Position numbers and translations under genes: made by a program. From Octopus sinensis (Eukaryota), in contig NC_043014.1 in the NCBI RefSeq assembly GCF_006345805.1, forward strand, positions 14,198,001 through 14,262,000: a stretch of 64,000 nt of DNA. Direction: 5' to 3'. The first letter of the stretch is position 1. Every line of letters starts with the position of its first letter. The notes beneath the pieces are model-generated. The model searched no databases. It worked only from the letters and a program-made list of their open reading frames with translations, and was not told the origin of the DNA. Below, piece after piece: positions 34,997 to 47,198 of the stretch.

Positions 34997-37861
34997 TTAA
35001 ATGGTAAAGATTTGAAGAGTATCTTCTCATTTTATGGCTTAAGCAAAGAAATGCGAGCAGTTCTTTGTGGTGACTTGGTGTAGAAGTTTCAAAACTGGTT
35101 GGTGGAGAAAGGGCGACAGAAATGGTGAAATTTGTTCCGAATGCTTGCAAACCGAGTGGATTCTGTTAAAATGTACCCAAAGTTTTGATGTTGGTGGTGA
35201 CGATGGAGTCAAACTGGGCAACATATTAAATATACTGCCTCAAAATTCTATCAACTGGGAATGTCTCCATTACTTGAACATTTTCAGGAACTCTTCTTCA
35301 TTGAAAGACTTACAAGGAACTCTTCAAATGCTCAATGGGTGACTTCTCAGGAAGCATTCAACTGTTTGTTGATCTATAGGCAACTCTTTGTTATGTGATG
35401 AGGACCTGCTGAGGGTTCTTGAAATTTTGTCATGACCCAATTAGATATTTAAACATTTTTTGTTTTGTTTCAAATCTTTTGTTGACCTTCCAAAAGTGTT
35501 TATTTATTTATATTTTTCACTCAAAGGAAGAATTCTGTTTCATTATTTTAAAAGATCTACCAAGCACATTCTTTCATTGTTTTTTTATACACATATTATA
35601 TATTTTTTTTTATTTCATGATCTTTCCAGGGGTCTGTTTAAAAGTGTTGTTCCATGACCTGGAAGTTTCATAAACATAAACTCCTCAAAAAACTCACCCC
35701 AAATCCCCATTTTTTAAAAAGAAAAAATTAAGAAGACAAAAACGAAATATTGGAGTACTAAAAAATTTTTTCTTTTTTGTTATTTTTTGTTCTGTTTTGT
35801 TATATAAAGGTTTAAATTTAATTTCACAATCATTTGAATTCTAAAAAAGAAAAATTATTAAAAAACCCCTAAAATTTGGGGGATTAAAAGGTAACCAAAA
35901 TAAACAAACAATGGTATAGGTAAAATATTTTGTTAATAAATAAATTTTACAAAGTCATTAAATATGTTGCTTAAATTATTTCATTAAATGTATATTTTAA
36001 TGTGTTCGAATCTCAGATCAGGCAATGTGTGTGTTTATGAGCGAAACACCTAAGCTCCATGCGTCTCTGGCAGAAGGTAATGGTGAACTTCTGCTGACTC
36101 TTTCGCCACAACTTTCTCTCTTTCCTCCTGCATCTTGCAGCTCACCTGCGATGGACCGGCATCCTGTCCAGGTGGGGAACCTATACGCCAAGGAAGCTAG
36201 GATACCGGCCACTAGGAGCCAGGCATGGCTTGAGAAGGAACAAACATATTTTAATGTATGTTTGTGTAGATTTTTAGTGTATGTTTATGTTGCATTGGGC
36301 TGATCAACAGTGTGTGAGTAAAATTCAGTGGTCACTACAAGGTCCAGCCCTTGTTGCTGTGTGGTGGCTTATGTGCCTTAATGACCTTGACAGCTATACC
36401 ATTAGAGTGTGAGCTCCTGACAGGGCTCCTCACACTGGACAGGTCAAAGGATAGAGGCCAGACTGATATGGGCCACCTCTTCCCAGAGGTAAAAATGGGT
36501 TTGTGTAGGGCCAACACCCCTGCCTAGAAAAAAATCACAGTTAAAGAAGTATTGATGTCAATCCAAAATCAACAAGACTGGCAGAGGAAGGCCTTCTTTT
36601 AGGGAAACCCCTAAGATGGAACCAACAAAGGAGGGAAGAGAGGATGCTCTAAAAATAATTGAAGGTGGGATACTGAGGTAGAGCTGAAAAAGCAGGGGTC
36701 CAACTGGAGAGAAGCAGAAAAGACAGCCCAGAGTTAAGATCAAGGCTGTTCGAGGTTGTTGATGGCTTCTAGTCCATACAGAGGGAAGGTATTAAGTAAG
36801 TAAAGTGAAAACTTTGGTGGACATGAATCAAGTAGATACCTATTGTGTATATATAACCCCCACTGCTTTGTGAGTGCCCTGGGAAAGGAAAAAGGCTAGG
36901 AGAGTCAATCTTGACTGAAAACGGAGTGGTGTCCCACAGGCAGTCAAGTGCCCTCTTTGATGTTCTTCTGGCAACTCCAGGGGAGGTGGAGCTCTTAGGC
37001 CCTGTAAGACAATTCACATAGGAAAAGGCCACTACACTGTAAAGTGTTGGGGAAGGATTCCGACCACCTCCATGTGACTATAAGTGAACTGACACATTAC
37101 TATAAAATTAAGAACTGTGAGCAATTAATGAGAGCAAGCAGTTCACTGTGAGTCATTGGCAGAGAGTATTTAACCTTGTGTAACAGTAATCGTAGTGTAG
37201 GAGTGGTTGTGTGGTAACTAGCTTGCTTACGAACCACATGGTTCCGGGTTCAGTCCCACTGCGTGGCACCCTGGGCAAAGTGTCTTCTACTACAGCATTG
37301 TGAGTAGATTTGGTAGATGGGAACTGAAAGACACCCGTCGTATATATGTATATATAAATGTGTGTATGTGTGTATATGTTTGTCTCCCCCCCCCCCAACA
37401 TCGCTTGACAACCGATGCTGGTGTGTTTACGTCCCCGTAACTTAGTGGTTCGGCAAAAGAAGACCGATAGAATAAGTACTGGGCTTCCAAAGAATAAGTC
37501 CTGGTGTCGATTTGCTCGACTAAAGGCGGTGCTCCAGCATGGCCACAGTCAAATGACTGAAGCGAGTGAAAGAGTATCGTGTGAATATTTCTTCCCCCTA
37601 CTTCGTTAAATTACATATCCAACACTAGGATATTAAAATAAAGCCTGCAACTTGCTGGTCACTGTAGCTGCCTTTGCCTCTGTGATCGGACATCCAGATC
37701 TAAAGAGCGGGATCAGATTGCATAGTCTGACTCTCATTTCAAAACTACTAAGCACAGACAGGAAGTGGCATGGGCCACTTGAGAGTGTGCCACTCTTCCT
37801 CATGACCTTCAGATATGAAGAAACTGCCACCATTTATACATACATACATACATACATGGGA

Positions 37862-38245
37862 TGGAAGCACTCCGTCAGTTACGACGACGAGGGTTCCGGT
37901 TGATCCGATCAACGGAACAGCCTGCTCGTGAAATTAACGTGTAAGTGGCTGAGCACTCCTCAGACACGTGTACCCTTAACGTAGTTCTCGGGGATATTCA
38001 GCGTGACACAGAGAGTGACAAGGCCGGCCCTTTGAAATACAGGTACAACAGAAACAGGAAGTAAGAGTGAGAGAAAGTTGTGGTGAAAGAGTACAGCAGG
38101 GATCACCACCATCCCCTGCCGGAGCCTCGTGGAGCTTTAGGTGTTTTCGCTCAATAAACACTCACAACGCCCGGTCTGGGAATCGAAACCGCGATCCTAT
38201 GACCGCGAGTCCGCTGCCCTAAGCACTGGGCCATTGCGCCCCCAC
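37862..38245 (-). mobile_element. tRNA-derived SINE family A
   Basis: Near-identical to 60347-60706; flanked by an atacatacatgg duplication. Confidence 0.8.
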
Positions 38246-38329
38246 ATACATACATGGTGGCTGCCCTCGTTATCGAAGCTTAATCAATGTTGTTATCGTG
38301 CAATGCCTGTGCAAGATTTTTTTTTAAAG

Positions 38330-38762
38330 TGAGGAAAGGCTGTGCACTGAGTCAATCCCACTCACTAAACAACAGCAGCCATAATCCGAAAAGAAGAACA
38401 AGTCAACATCATCGGTAACCACTGAGCCGCAGGTTTTATGTTGGAGTTATCCCAGTTACCTGAGTTACCTTCTCCTAGAAGGATACCTTGACAAAGGCTA
38501 GGAGTCCTTCACTCCTATTAGTTTAACCGCGCGATTGGGTATTCAGTCCGATTATTTCTATGTCCCCGCGCATGATACAGCCTTAAGATATTTATTGGAT
38601 GGCCGTTGACTCTCAAGAGTTCCTCCGCTCTTTGACGGGTTTTGCTTTTCACCCCGCAGGGTGTCCAATAAACACCCTCCTCACCTAGCAAGCTTGGTGG
38701 GGTTGCCGGTTTAGTCGCCAACGACCCAACCATGCAACAGGTTGTACTGGGATACATGTTAC

Positions 38763-38765
<3 letters not shown>
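38330..38765 (-). mobile_element. Probable LINE (RTE-like) 5'UTR fragment
   Basis: GC-rich, hairpin-rich block (GGCGACTAAACCGGCAACCCC...GAGGAGGGTG) resembling RTE 5' ends. Family assignment is by recollection only. Confidence 0.45.
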
Positions 38766-38810
<45 letters not shown>

Positions 38811-39128
38811 TACATACATACATACATACATGTGTGATATTTAATGCAATTCTAAGGTGGCAGATTCGTTACGGCGCCGGAAAATGCTTAGCGGTGTTTC
38901 TTCCGACTTTACGTCCTGAGTTCAAATACCGACGGGGTTGACTTTGCTTTTGAGCCTTTTGGGCCCAATAGAAGAAGAACCAGTTAAACACTAGGATCGA
39001 TGTAATCGACTTAATCCATCTCCTGAAATTTCTGGCCTTGTGCCAAAATTAGAAGTCAATATTTAAAGCAATCTAGCATTTCATTACAGAATATTATAAA
39101 AGTACCTTAGTTATAGCAGTAAACGTTA

Positions 39129-39484
39129 TCTCTTATTATAAAAGGCAGATTTTATCTGCCTCCCTTTGGGAGTTATACAAATCTACAATATAGGATTTCT
39201 TCAATTACAATTTACCTAGCATTTTTAAGAGTACAATGCATCGCGTCATGGCAGGTCCAGTTTTTAAAATTTAAACTCCAATTAAGCAAAATTTACAGAA
39301 AACTCACATTCTGGTGTGTGTGTCAAATGCTTTTCTTAGTCTGGTTTACACCACACGCAGTGGGCAATGAATAAAATGAAAGTAATTCACTTACTGTAGT
39401 GAGTGATTCTTTCACTCTGCCTTCCACTTCCTCTTTCAACACATAGACACGCAAATATATAAATAAAATTGTAAGCTAACGTGC

Positions 39485-39515
<31 letters not shown>

Positions 39516-39830
39516 TGTGAGGGTGCGTGTGTGTGTGTGTGTGCGTGTGCGTGAGTGTGTGACAGGAAAGTTTTTTACGACGAATATAACACCTATATCC
39601 AAGTAGCAGAAAGATAAGACAGTAAGGTGTGATTTGAGGGAGATTTGGCTGCTATTTCTACCATGTCTAGCTGCCATGTAGGGGTCTCCCTCATAGGCTC
39701 ATACATACATATATACATAGATAAGACAGTAAGGTGTGATTTGGGGGAAATTTGGCTGCTATTTCTACCAGGTCTAGCTACCATGTAGAGGTCCCCCTCA
39801 TTGGCTCATATATATATACATACATAAGAC
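39129..39830 (+). mobile_element. Helitron-like element 5' part (duplicated at 41564-42290)
   Basis: A|TCTCTTATTATAAAAGGCAG start. About 700 bp are nearly identical to 41564-42290, with an internal ~107-bp tandem. No 3' CTAG hairpin was seen. Confidence 0.55.
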
Positions 39831-40349
39831 AGTCAGTACAATGCATCGCGTCATGCCAGGTCCAGTTTTTAAAATTTAAACTCTAATTAAGCAAAATTTA
39901 CAGAAAACTCACATTCTGGTGTGTGTCAAATGCTTTTCTTAGTCTGGTTTACAGCACACGCAAACGCACACACACTGTGTAACGAATAAAGTGAAACTAG
40001 ATGTAATATTGTTTCTGTCTATCACGCTGATAGATACATGAGTAAAATGCATGGGAAGCTAACAAATAAGAGTGAGTGAAAATGTTCTTGGAAGAGAGTA
40101 AATTTGAAGCTTGAGAACAATCAGATACATTTGCAACACATCTGTTGAAAATATTATTGTTCACACACATACATATACATATATACATACAGACAGACAG
40201 ACAGATAGACACACACGCACACACACATGATCCAGCATGGCCACAACCTCAAGGCTGAAACATATAAAAGAATAACAGAATATAAATGTGTGCATGTGTG
40301 TGAGAGAGAGAGTGTGTGTGTATATGTATGTATGTATGTATATATATAT

Positions 40350-40959
40350 AATAATGCGGTTTTTTCAACAGCTTGAACTAAAAGTCAGAGGGGAATGGGA
40401 TAAACTACTTATATTAACTTGCTATAAAAGCAGGTAGTAATTTTATCTTGTCCTTATTCATAGTGCAAGTTTTGAAGAGTGCATTTCGATTTTAACAGCT
40501 ATTTTTTTCAAAGCTATGTTGGAAGTAACAAAGGAGCATATTTGGCATATTTTGCTTTATGAGTTCAATAAAGACAACAACGCAACGGAAAGTACAAGAA
40601 ATATTAATGCAGTATATGGGGATTGGACAATAAGCGTAAGGCAGTGTCAATGGTGGTTCCAGAAATTCCGAGCCATAAACTACAGCCTAGAAGACGAGCC
40701 TCATCCTGAAAGATCTGTAGAACTCAACAAGGACATCCTGAAAACCCTGGTGGAACAAAATCTCATCGTAACTGTTGAGGAACTAGCAGAGAAGCTTGGA
40801 TTTGGTCATTCAACCATTCATTGAGACCTGTGTGCTATCGGAAAAGTCAGCAAATTGGGTCAATGGGTTCCTCACGAACTTTCCGAGTCTAATTGCATGC
40901 AGAGAGTGAATGTATGCTTTTCTTTGCTGTCACATCTCACCACTACTGCGCTATGTATA
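40350..40959 (+). mobile_element. Mariner (DD34D-type) transposase 5' fragment, cut off by a Helitron
   Basis: ORF 40516-40824 has the HTH region (HILLYEFNK...WFQKFR...LEDEP), and WVPHEL follows at ~40864. Confidence 0.85.
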
Positions 40960-41563
40960 TCTATATATATAAAACTGTAGTTGTGTGAGTGTCTGTCCCC
41001 TTCGATTTAGATTCCTAACTACTCCCACATTTTGCGGTGCAGTTTAACCAAATTTGGGTAGCTTATAGTCGTGATTCATATCGAGCCCGTCTGAGTATTA
41101 GCGCGCGTCTACGATGAGTCTACGATTTTAAAAATAATTTAACATCATTTTTTATTCCATTTTAATGCATAATTTTTCGTGTGTCGATGGCGGCGGAGTT
41201 GGCGTCCACGCTCACACCTGCACCTGTGGGGAAGGGAGTGTAAGGAAATCAACGTCGTAATGCGTTGTCAAGGAGACCAGCGTTCTTTTAGAACAACGAC
41301 TTCATGGCTTCAAGACACCAAAACAGAAATGGCTAAGAAAGAGTCTACATGAGTCTACGATTTAAAAAAAAATTTACCATCGTTTTTTTTCCATTTTAAT
41401 GCATTTTTTCGCTATTATATAAGGGAAGTAACTCTCTAAAAATGTCTACGATGAGTCAACGATTTTTAATGCATTTTTTGCTATTTTTTAGCTATAACTC
41501 TCTAAAAATGCTTATATAGTTATTTCCCTTACAAACCCGAGCAACGCCGGGCGATACTGCTAG
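40960..41563 (+). mobile_element. Non-autonomous Helitron
   Basis: A|TCTATATATATAAAA... 5' end, subterminal hairpin CCCGAGCAACGCCGGG, CTAG|T 3' end, no TSD. Confidence 0.85.
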
Positions 41564-42693
41564 TCTCTTATTATAAAAGGCAGATTTTATCTGCCTCCCT
41601 TTGGGAGTTATACAAATCTACAATATAGGATTTCTTCAATTACAATTTAGCTAGCAGTTTTAAGAGTACAATGCATCGCGTCACGCCAGGTCCAGTTTTT
41701 AAAATTTAAACTCCAATTAAGCAAAATTTACAGAAAACTCGCATTCTGGTGTGTGTGTCAAATGCTTTTCTTAGTCTGGTTTACACCACACGCAAACGCA
41801 CACACACAGTGGGCAATGAATAAAATGAAAGTAATTCACTTACTGTAGTGAGTGATTCTTTCACTCTGCCTCCCACTTCCTCTTTCAACACATAGACACG
41901 CAAATATGTAAATAAAATTGTAAGCTAACGTGCGTGTGTGTGAGTGTGTGTGTGTGTGCGCGTGTGTGTGAGGGTGCGTGTGTGTGTGCGTGTGCGTGTG
42001 CGTGAGTGTGTGACAGGAAAGTTTTTTACGACGAATATAACACCTATATCCAAGTAGCAGAAAGATAAGACAGTAAGGTGTGATTTGAGGGAGATTTGGC
42101 TGCTATTTCTACCATGTCTAGCTGCCATGTAGGGGTCTCCCTCATAGGCTCATACATACATATATACATAGATAAGACAGTAAGGTGTGATTTGGGGGAA
42201 ATTTGGCTGCTATTTCTACCAGGTCTAGCTACCATGTAGAGGTCTCCCTCATGGGCTCATATATATATACATACATAAGATGTAAGGTGTGATTTGAGGG
42301 AGATTTGGCTGCTGTTTCTACCAGGTCTGTTAGGCCTTCTCATGTAAACTCAAGCTTTCTCATGCCTTGAACATAAGACCAAAGCAGAGAATGTATTCTT
42401 TTATTCTTCTGCTTTTTCCAGCCATTGGTCTGTGGCCATGCTGGGGCAATGCCTTGAAGAATTGTAGTTTAATGAATCAACTCCAGTTTTATTTTCGTAA
42501 GCATTGTACTTATTCTAACTGTTTCCTTTGTCAAACCACTAGGTGACAGGGATGTAAACAAACCAACATTCGTTGTCAAGCAGTGGTGGAGGACAATCAC
42601 AAGCACAGACACGCACACACACACACATACATGCATACACATATACACACATACATACATACATACATATATATATATGTGTGTATATATATA

Positions 42694-42952
42694 TTGCAGC
42701 GTGGAAGGTGTTTGTAAGCCATTTAAAAAACACACAAAAACCGTTACATTCACTTCAACATTTAAATTTAATTTGCCAAAATATTTTCGTCGCTTTGAGA
42801 CCGCGACCTGTTCACTGACAAAAATATCGTGCTAACAGGTCGCGGTCTCAAAGCGACGAAAATATTTTGACAAATTAAATTTAAATGTTGAAGTGAATCT
42901 AACGGTTTTTGTGTGTTTCTTAAATGGCTTATAAACACCTTCAACGCTGCAA
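42694..42952. repeat. 259-bp foldback (119-bp arms, 21-nt loop), Penelope pLTR-like inversion
   Basis: 42694-42812 is the near-perfect reverse complement of 42834-42952, and it sits directly after a (TA)n tract. Confidence 0.9.
42773..42821 (-). ncRNA. Minimal type I HHR motif with G3-C8 core swap
   Basis: Minus strand: UUGUCA-GUGAACA-G-GUCGC(GGUCUCAAA)GCGAC-GAA-AAUAUU-U-UGGCAA. 6-bp stem I (one G.U), 5-bp stem II, palindromic stem III. Confidence 0.68.
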
Positions 42953-43110
42953 CTGTTTTCGTTCCAGCACACGATCTCAGATCAAGTCACTTGCTATGCA
43001 AGTACATCTCTGTAACTATATATATATTTATATATATATATGTATATTGGTAAAAACAGTAAGATAACAAAAGAAAGAAAGAGACCTCAATATTATGCAA
43101 ATAGAGGAAA

Positions 43111-43504
43111 TCTTTATATATAAAAGTCAGGTTGTGTGTCTGTCTCCTACGATTTAGATTCCTAACTACTCCCACATTTTGCGGTGCAGTTTAACCAAAA
43201 CCGGGTATCTTATAGTCGTGATTCATATCGAGACCGTCTGGGTATTAGCGCGCGTCTACGATGAGTCTACGATTTAAAAAAAATTTACCATCAATTTTTC
43301 CCATTTTTAATCCATTTTTGACATATATAAGGGAAGTAACTCTCTAAAATTTATTATTAAATCTCAGAACGTAAAAAGCTACAGTAACACCCCTCCCCCT
43401 TTGTGGTTAGCCATATTGAGATGGCTATTATACTTTACATCTCTAAAAATGCTTATATAATTATTTCCCTTACAAACCCGAGCAACGCCGGGCGATACTG
43501 CTAG
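43111..43504 (+). mobile_element. Non-autonomous Helitron, shorter relative of 40960-41563
   Basis: A|TCTTTATATATAAAAG...CCCGAGCAACGCCGGGCGATACTGCTAG|T. Confidence 0.85.
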
Positions 43505-45957
43505 TAGTATATAAAAATAGAAGAGACCGTCGGATTAAAATCAATTTCTAGGAGTGAGCGTGAGGGACAAAATTATCATATGAGGTGCACAAATTCGCAT
43601 ATTGAGTTGGGATGATATTGTAGGAAAAAGTGCATTATATGCTGTCACATGTCATTCATTGTAACCTACAATTAGGGAACGTCAACTACGCACGGGTCAA
43701 TTTTTAAGATTTTTTTTGAAAAATTAGCGCGTCTTATATGCCATCAAATACGTTCTTCGGGTGGTTTTCTGCTAGTCGTTGAATGTAATTTTTCTGATAT
43801 GCTTCGCATAATTTTCCTTTGTATCTTTTATTCGTCTGACAATACCCATTCGATCAGTAAATAAATTTAGGGCCTAACAACAGAAGTGGGATTTTCTGAC
43901 ATTGCTTTTTCGTAACTTTCTGCAAAATGAATGTTTATTAATGAAATTGTCTACATGTACGTTTCAGAGAGTGTAGATTGTGATTATATTGGAATTTGTC
44001 GTGAACGCTTTTTTTTCGGTGGGGAAGAGGGTGGAGGAGAAGAGTTTCGGGTAATTCTGAGACCTCAATTAGTTTTGCAACTGAAGCGTGTAATTGAAAT
44101 TTTCAATCTTAAAAGGAAATATAAAACTACACTTCGATAAAAATATATTAAAATTGGAATTCAAAAGAATTTTCTAGAAGACTTTAATAATTGTTTTCTT
44201 TATGGTAACATAGAGAGTAGGCATTTATTAGTAGTCATCTAAATTACAGTTCCATTTTGTTAGCTCATTATTCTAGTTAAGTCAAAAAATCTTAAAAGAT
44301 TTCTGAGACTAGTTTTAAATAAAACTCTGGATATATCGTTTCTCTGTACAAATAAAGTTTTCAGACATTTCAAAGTTTTCAAATAAAGTTTTAAAGTTTT
44401 CAGACATGTAAACACACTTGCACAAATAAAATTCAACTATAATTTCCGTCTTGGCGATCTGCTTAAAATTCTGTTGATTCTACGTGTTATCGACATATCT
44501 TGTTTGAGCAAAATACTCATGTATTCTAGTCCAAAGACTTTGCACATTCTTACTTCTTTAAAACGACAAGAAAAAGACAACACTAAAAATTTCAAGAAAC
44601 TTATTGGTTTCAATTTTCGGCACAAGGCCAAGAAGTTTGGCGGAGGGGGAAAGTCAGTTACTCAACTGGTACTTATTTTATCGATCCCGAAAGGATGAAA
44701 GGCACGAGTGGATCTTGGCGGGATTTGAACGCAGAACGTAAAGACGGACGAAATGCCGCTAAGCATTTTATCCGGCGTGCTTATGATTCTGCCAACTTAA
44801 TATAGTATACGATGGTATTAAAAAATGTTTCAAAAAATCACCTGGGTCCTACGTGCAAATTTGGGCCTCCCATTAGCTTTGTCCTTGTTGTTCACTACTA
44901 AAGGCTATTCAATCCAGACAGTCTCTTTTACATAGTATGATCCCATAATAATCCTTTCTACTATAGGCACAAGGCCTGAAATTTTGGGGAGGGGGATAGT
45001 CGATTACATCGACCCCAGTGCTCAACTAGCACTTGTTTTATTGTCCCCGAGAGGATGAAGAGCAAAGTCGAACTCGGCGGAATTTGAACTCAGAACGTAA
45101 AGACGGGCGAAATACTGCTAAGCATTTTGTCCGGTGTGCTAACGATTCTTATTTCTTTATTGCCCACAAGGAGCTAAACATAGAGGGGACAAAAAAGGAC
45201 AGACAAAGAGATTAAGTCGATTACATCGACCCCAGTGCGTAACTGGTACTTAATTTATCGACCCCGAAAGATGAAAGGTAAAGTCGACCTCGGCGGAATT
45301 TGAACTCAGAACGTAACGGCAGACGAAATACGGCTACGCATTTCGCCCGGCGTGCTAACGTTTCTGCCAGCTCGCCGCCTTAAAAATAAAGTCGGCCACG
45401 ACGAAATTTTAACTCAGAGCATAAAGATGCACAAAATGCTGCTATGCATTTTGCCCGGTGTGCTAACGGTTCTGCCAGCTCACCATCTTAGTATACTTTC
45501 TATATATTGTAATACTTTCTGCTGTCAGCGTGGCTGTGTGATAAAGAGTTTGCTTCCCAGCCACATGATTTTGGGTTCAGTTCCACTGCGTGGCGTCTTC
45601 TACTGTAGCCACAGGCTGACCAAAGCCTTGTGCGTGGATTTGGTTGACGGAAACTGAAAGAAGCTCATCGTATATGTGTGTGTGTGTGTGTGTCCACCAC
45701 CGTGTGTTTATGTCCTCGTAACCTAGTGGTTCGACAAAAGAGATCGACAAAATAAGTAGCAGGCTTAAAAAATATATGATTACTGGGGTTGATTCCTTCG
45801 ACTAAAATTCTTCAAGGCGGTGATCCAGCATGGCCGCAGTCAAATGACTGAAATAAGAAACAGATAAAAAGATTAGCTATTGTACTTTTGTAATGTCCTG
45901 TTAGATTGTTTTAAACATTATATACTTTAATGCACTAAATATTACTTTCCTTGATAC

Positions 45958-46523
45958 GCTGCCGAAATTAAGGTGTATCTAATTTTCACTGCTGAAATTA
46001 AGGTGTATCTAATTTTCACTGCTGAAATTAAGGTGTATCTAATTTTCACTGCTGAAATTAAGGTGTATCTAATTTTCACTGCTGAAATTGGGGTGGATCT
46101 AATTTTCGCTGCTGAAATTGGGGTGGATCTAATTTTCGCTGCTGAAATTGGGGTGGATCTAATTTTCGCTGCTGAAATTGGGGTGGATCTAATTTTCACT
46201 GCTGAAATTAAGGTGTATCTAATTTTCGCTGCTGAAATTGGGGTGGATCTAATTTTCACTGCTGAAATTAAGGTGTATCTAATTTTCGCTGCTGAAATTG
46301 GGGTGGATCTAATTTTCGCTGCTGAAATTGGGGTGGATCTAATTTTCACTGCTGAAATTAAGGTGTATCTAATTTTCGCTGCTGAAATTGGGGTGGATCT
46401 AATTTTCGCTGCTGAAATTAAGGTGTATCTAATTTTCGCTGCTGAAATTGGGGTGGATCTAATTTTCGCTGCTGAAATTGGGGTGGATCTAATTGTCGCT
46501 GCTGAAATTGGGGTGGATCTAAT
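45958..46523. repeat. 30-bp minisatellite, ~19 units of two variant types
   Basis: gctgaaattAAGGTGTAtctaattttcAct versus gctgaaattGGGGTGGAtctaattttcGct. Confidence 0.97.
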
Positions 46524-47198
46524 ATATCCGTGCGCTTTTTATAGCATCAAATACTCACGACGACATTTTATCTTTTATCTTTTACTTGTTTCAGTCATTT
46601 ACTTGTTTCAGTCATTTGCCTGCGGCCATGCTGTGGCTCCACCTTAAAGGGTTTTAGTTGTATTGAACTTACACTTTATACAATAAAACTATATGTACAT
46701 CTCAGTTTACTTGACTTCCAACAATTAACAATTGTAATTTGAAGCTGAATGGTCACCAGTATGAAAGGATGTCCAGATTTCTTTAAAATTTATTCTGCAA
46801 AATATTCTGAGAAATAGTATTTTTTTCATCGCAACAAAACACACATACACTCAGAGGTGTCTTTGTGGTAATTTGAGTTACTACAAATAGCAGCCAAATC
46901 TCTTTTAAAACACACCCTTTCATCAAAAGAAAGATATATTTACAGTAGAAAAAAAAATTTAAGTAGAAAAAAGTTTTAAGACAGAGTTGCCTCCTTTAGC
47001 TAAATCCTTAAAATTGTGCGACCCGACCTTGTATTCGAGGTTAGTTTTGTTGTAAAAAAGAGTTGTTGTGAAAAAAACATACTTTGTTTGGTAGCCGAAA
47101 GATTCCCGAATGTTTTGATACCTCATATGTCAAAATCGGCAACTCAGTTTTCGAAGCCATGAGGAACATATGCACACACGCAAACTCTGTTTTATATA

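Noticed and set aside
38700-38765. HDV-like ribozyme at the RTE-like 5' end (GUCG-UUGG-CGAC-UAA)
   Set aside because: P1 and P2 could not be placed in the required nested double-pseudoknot order.
45958-46523. CRISPR-like array
   Set aside because: Units are contiguous with no unique spacers, the context is eukaryotic, and there are no cas genes.
45973-46647. 224-aa ORF (and 135-aa antisense ORF) as a repeat protein
   Set aside because: Produced by a stop-free 30-bp minisatellite; no splice context or family motif.
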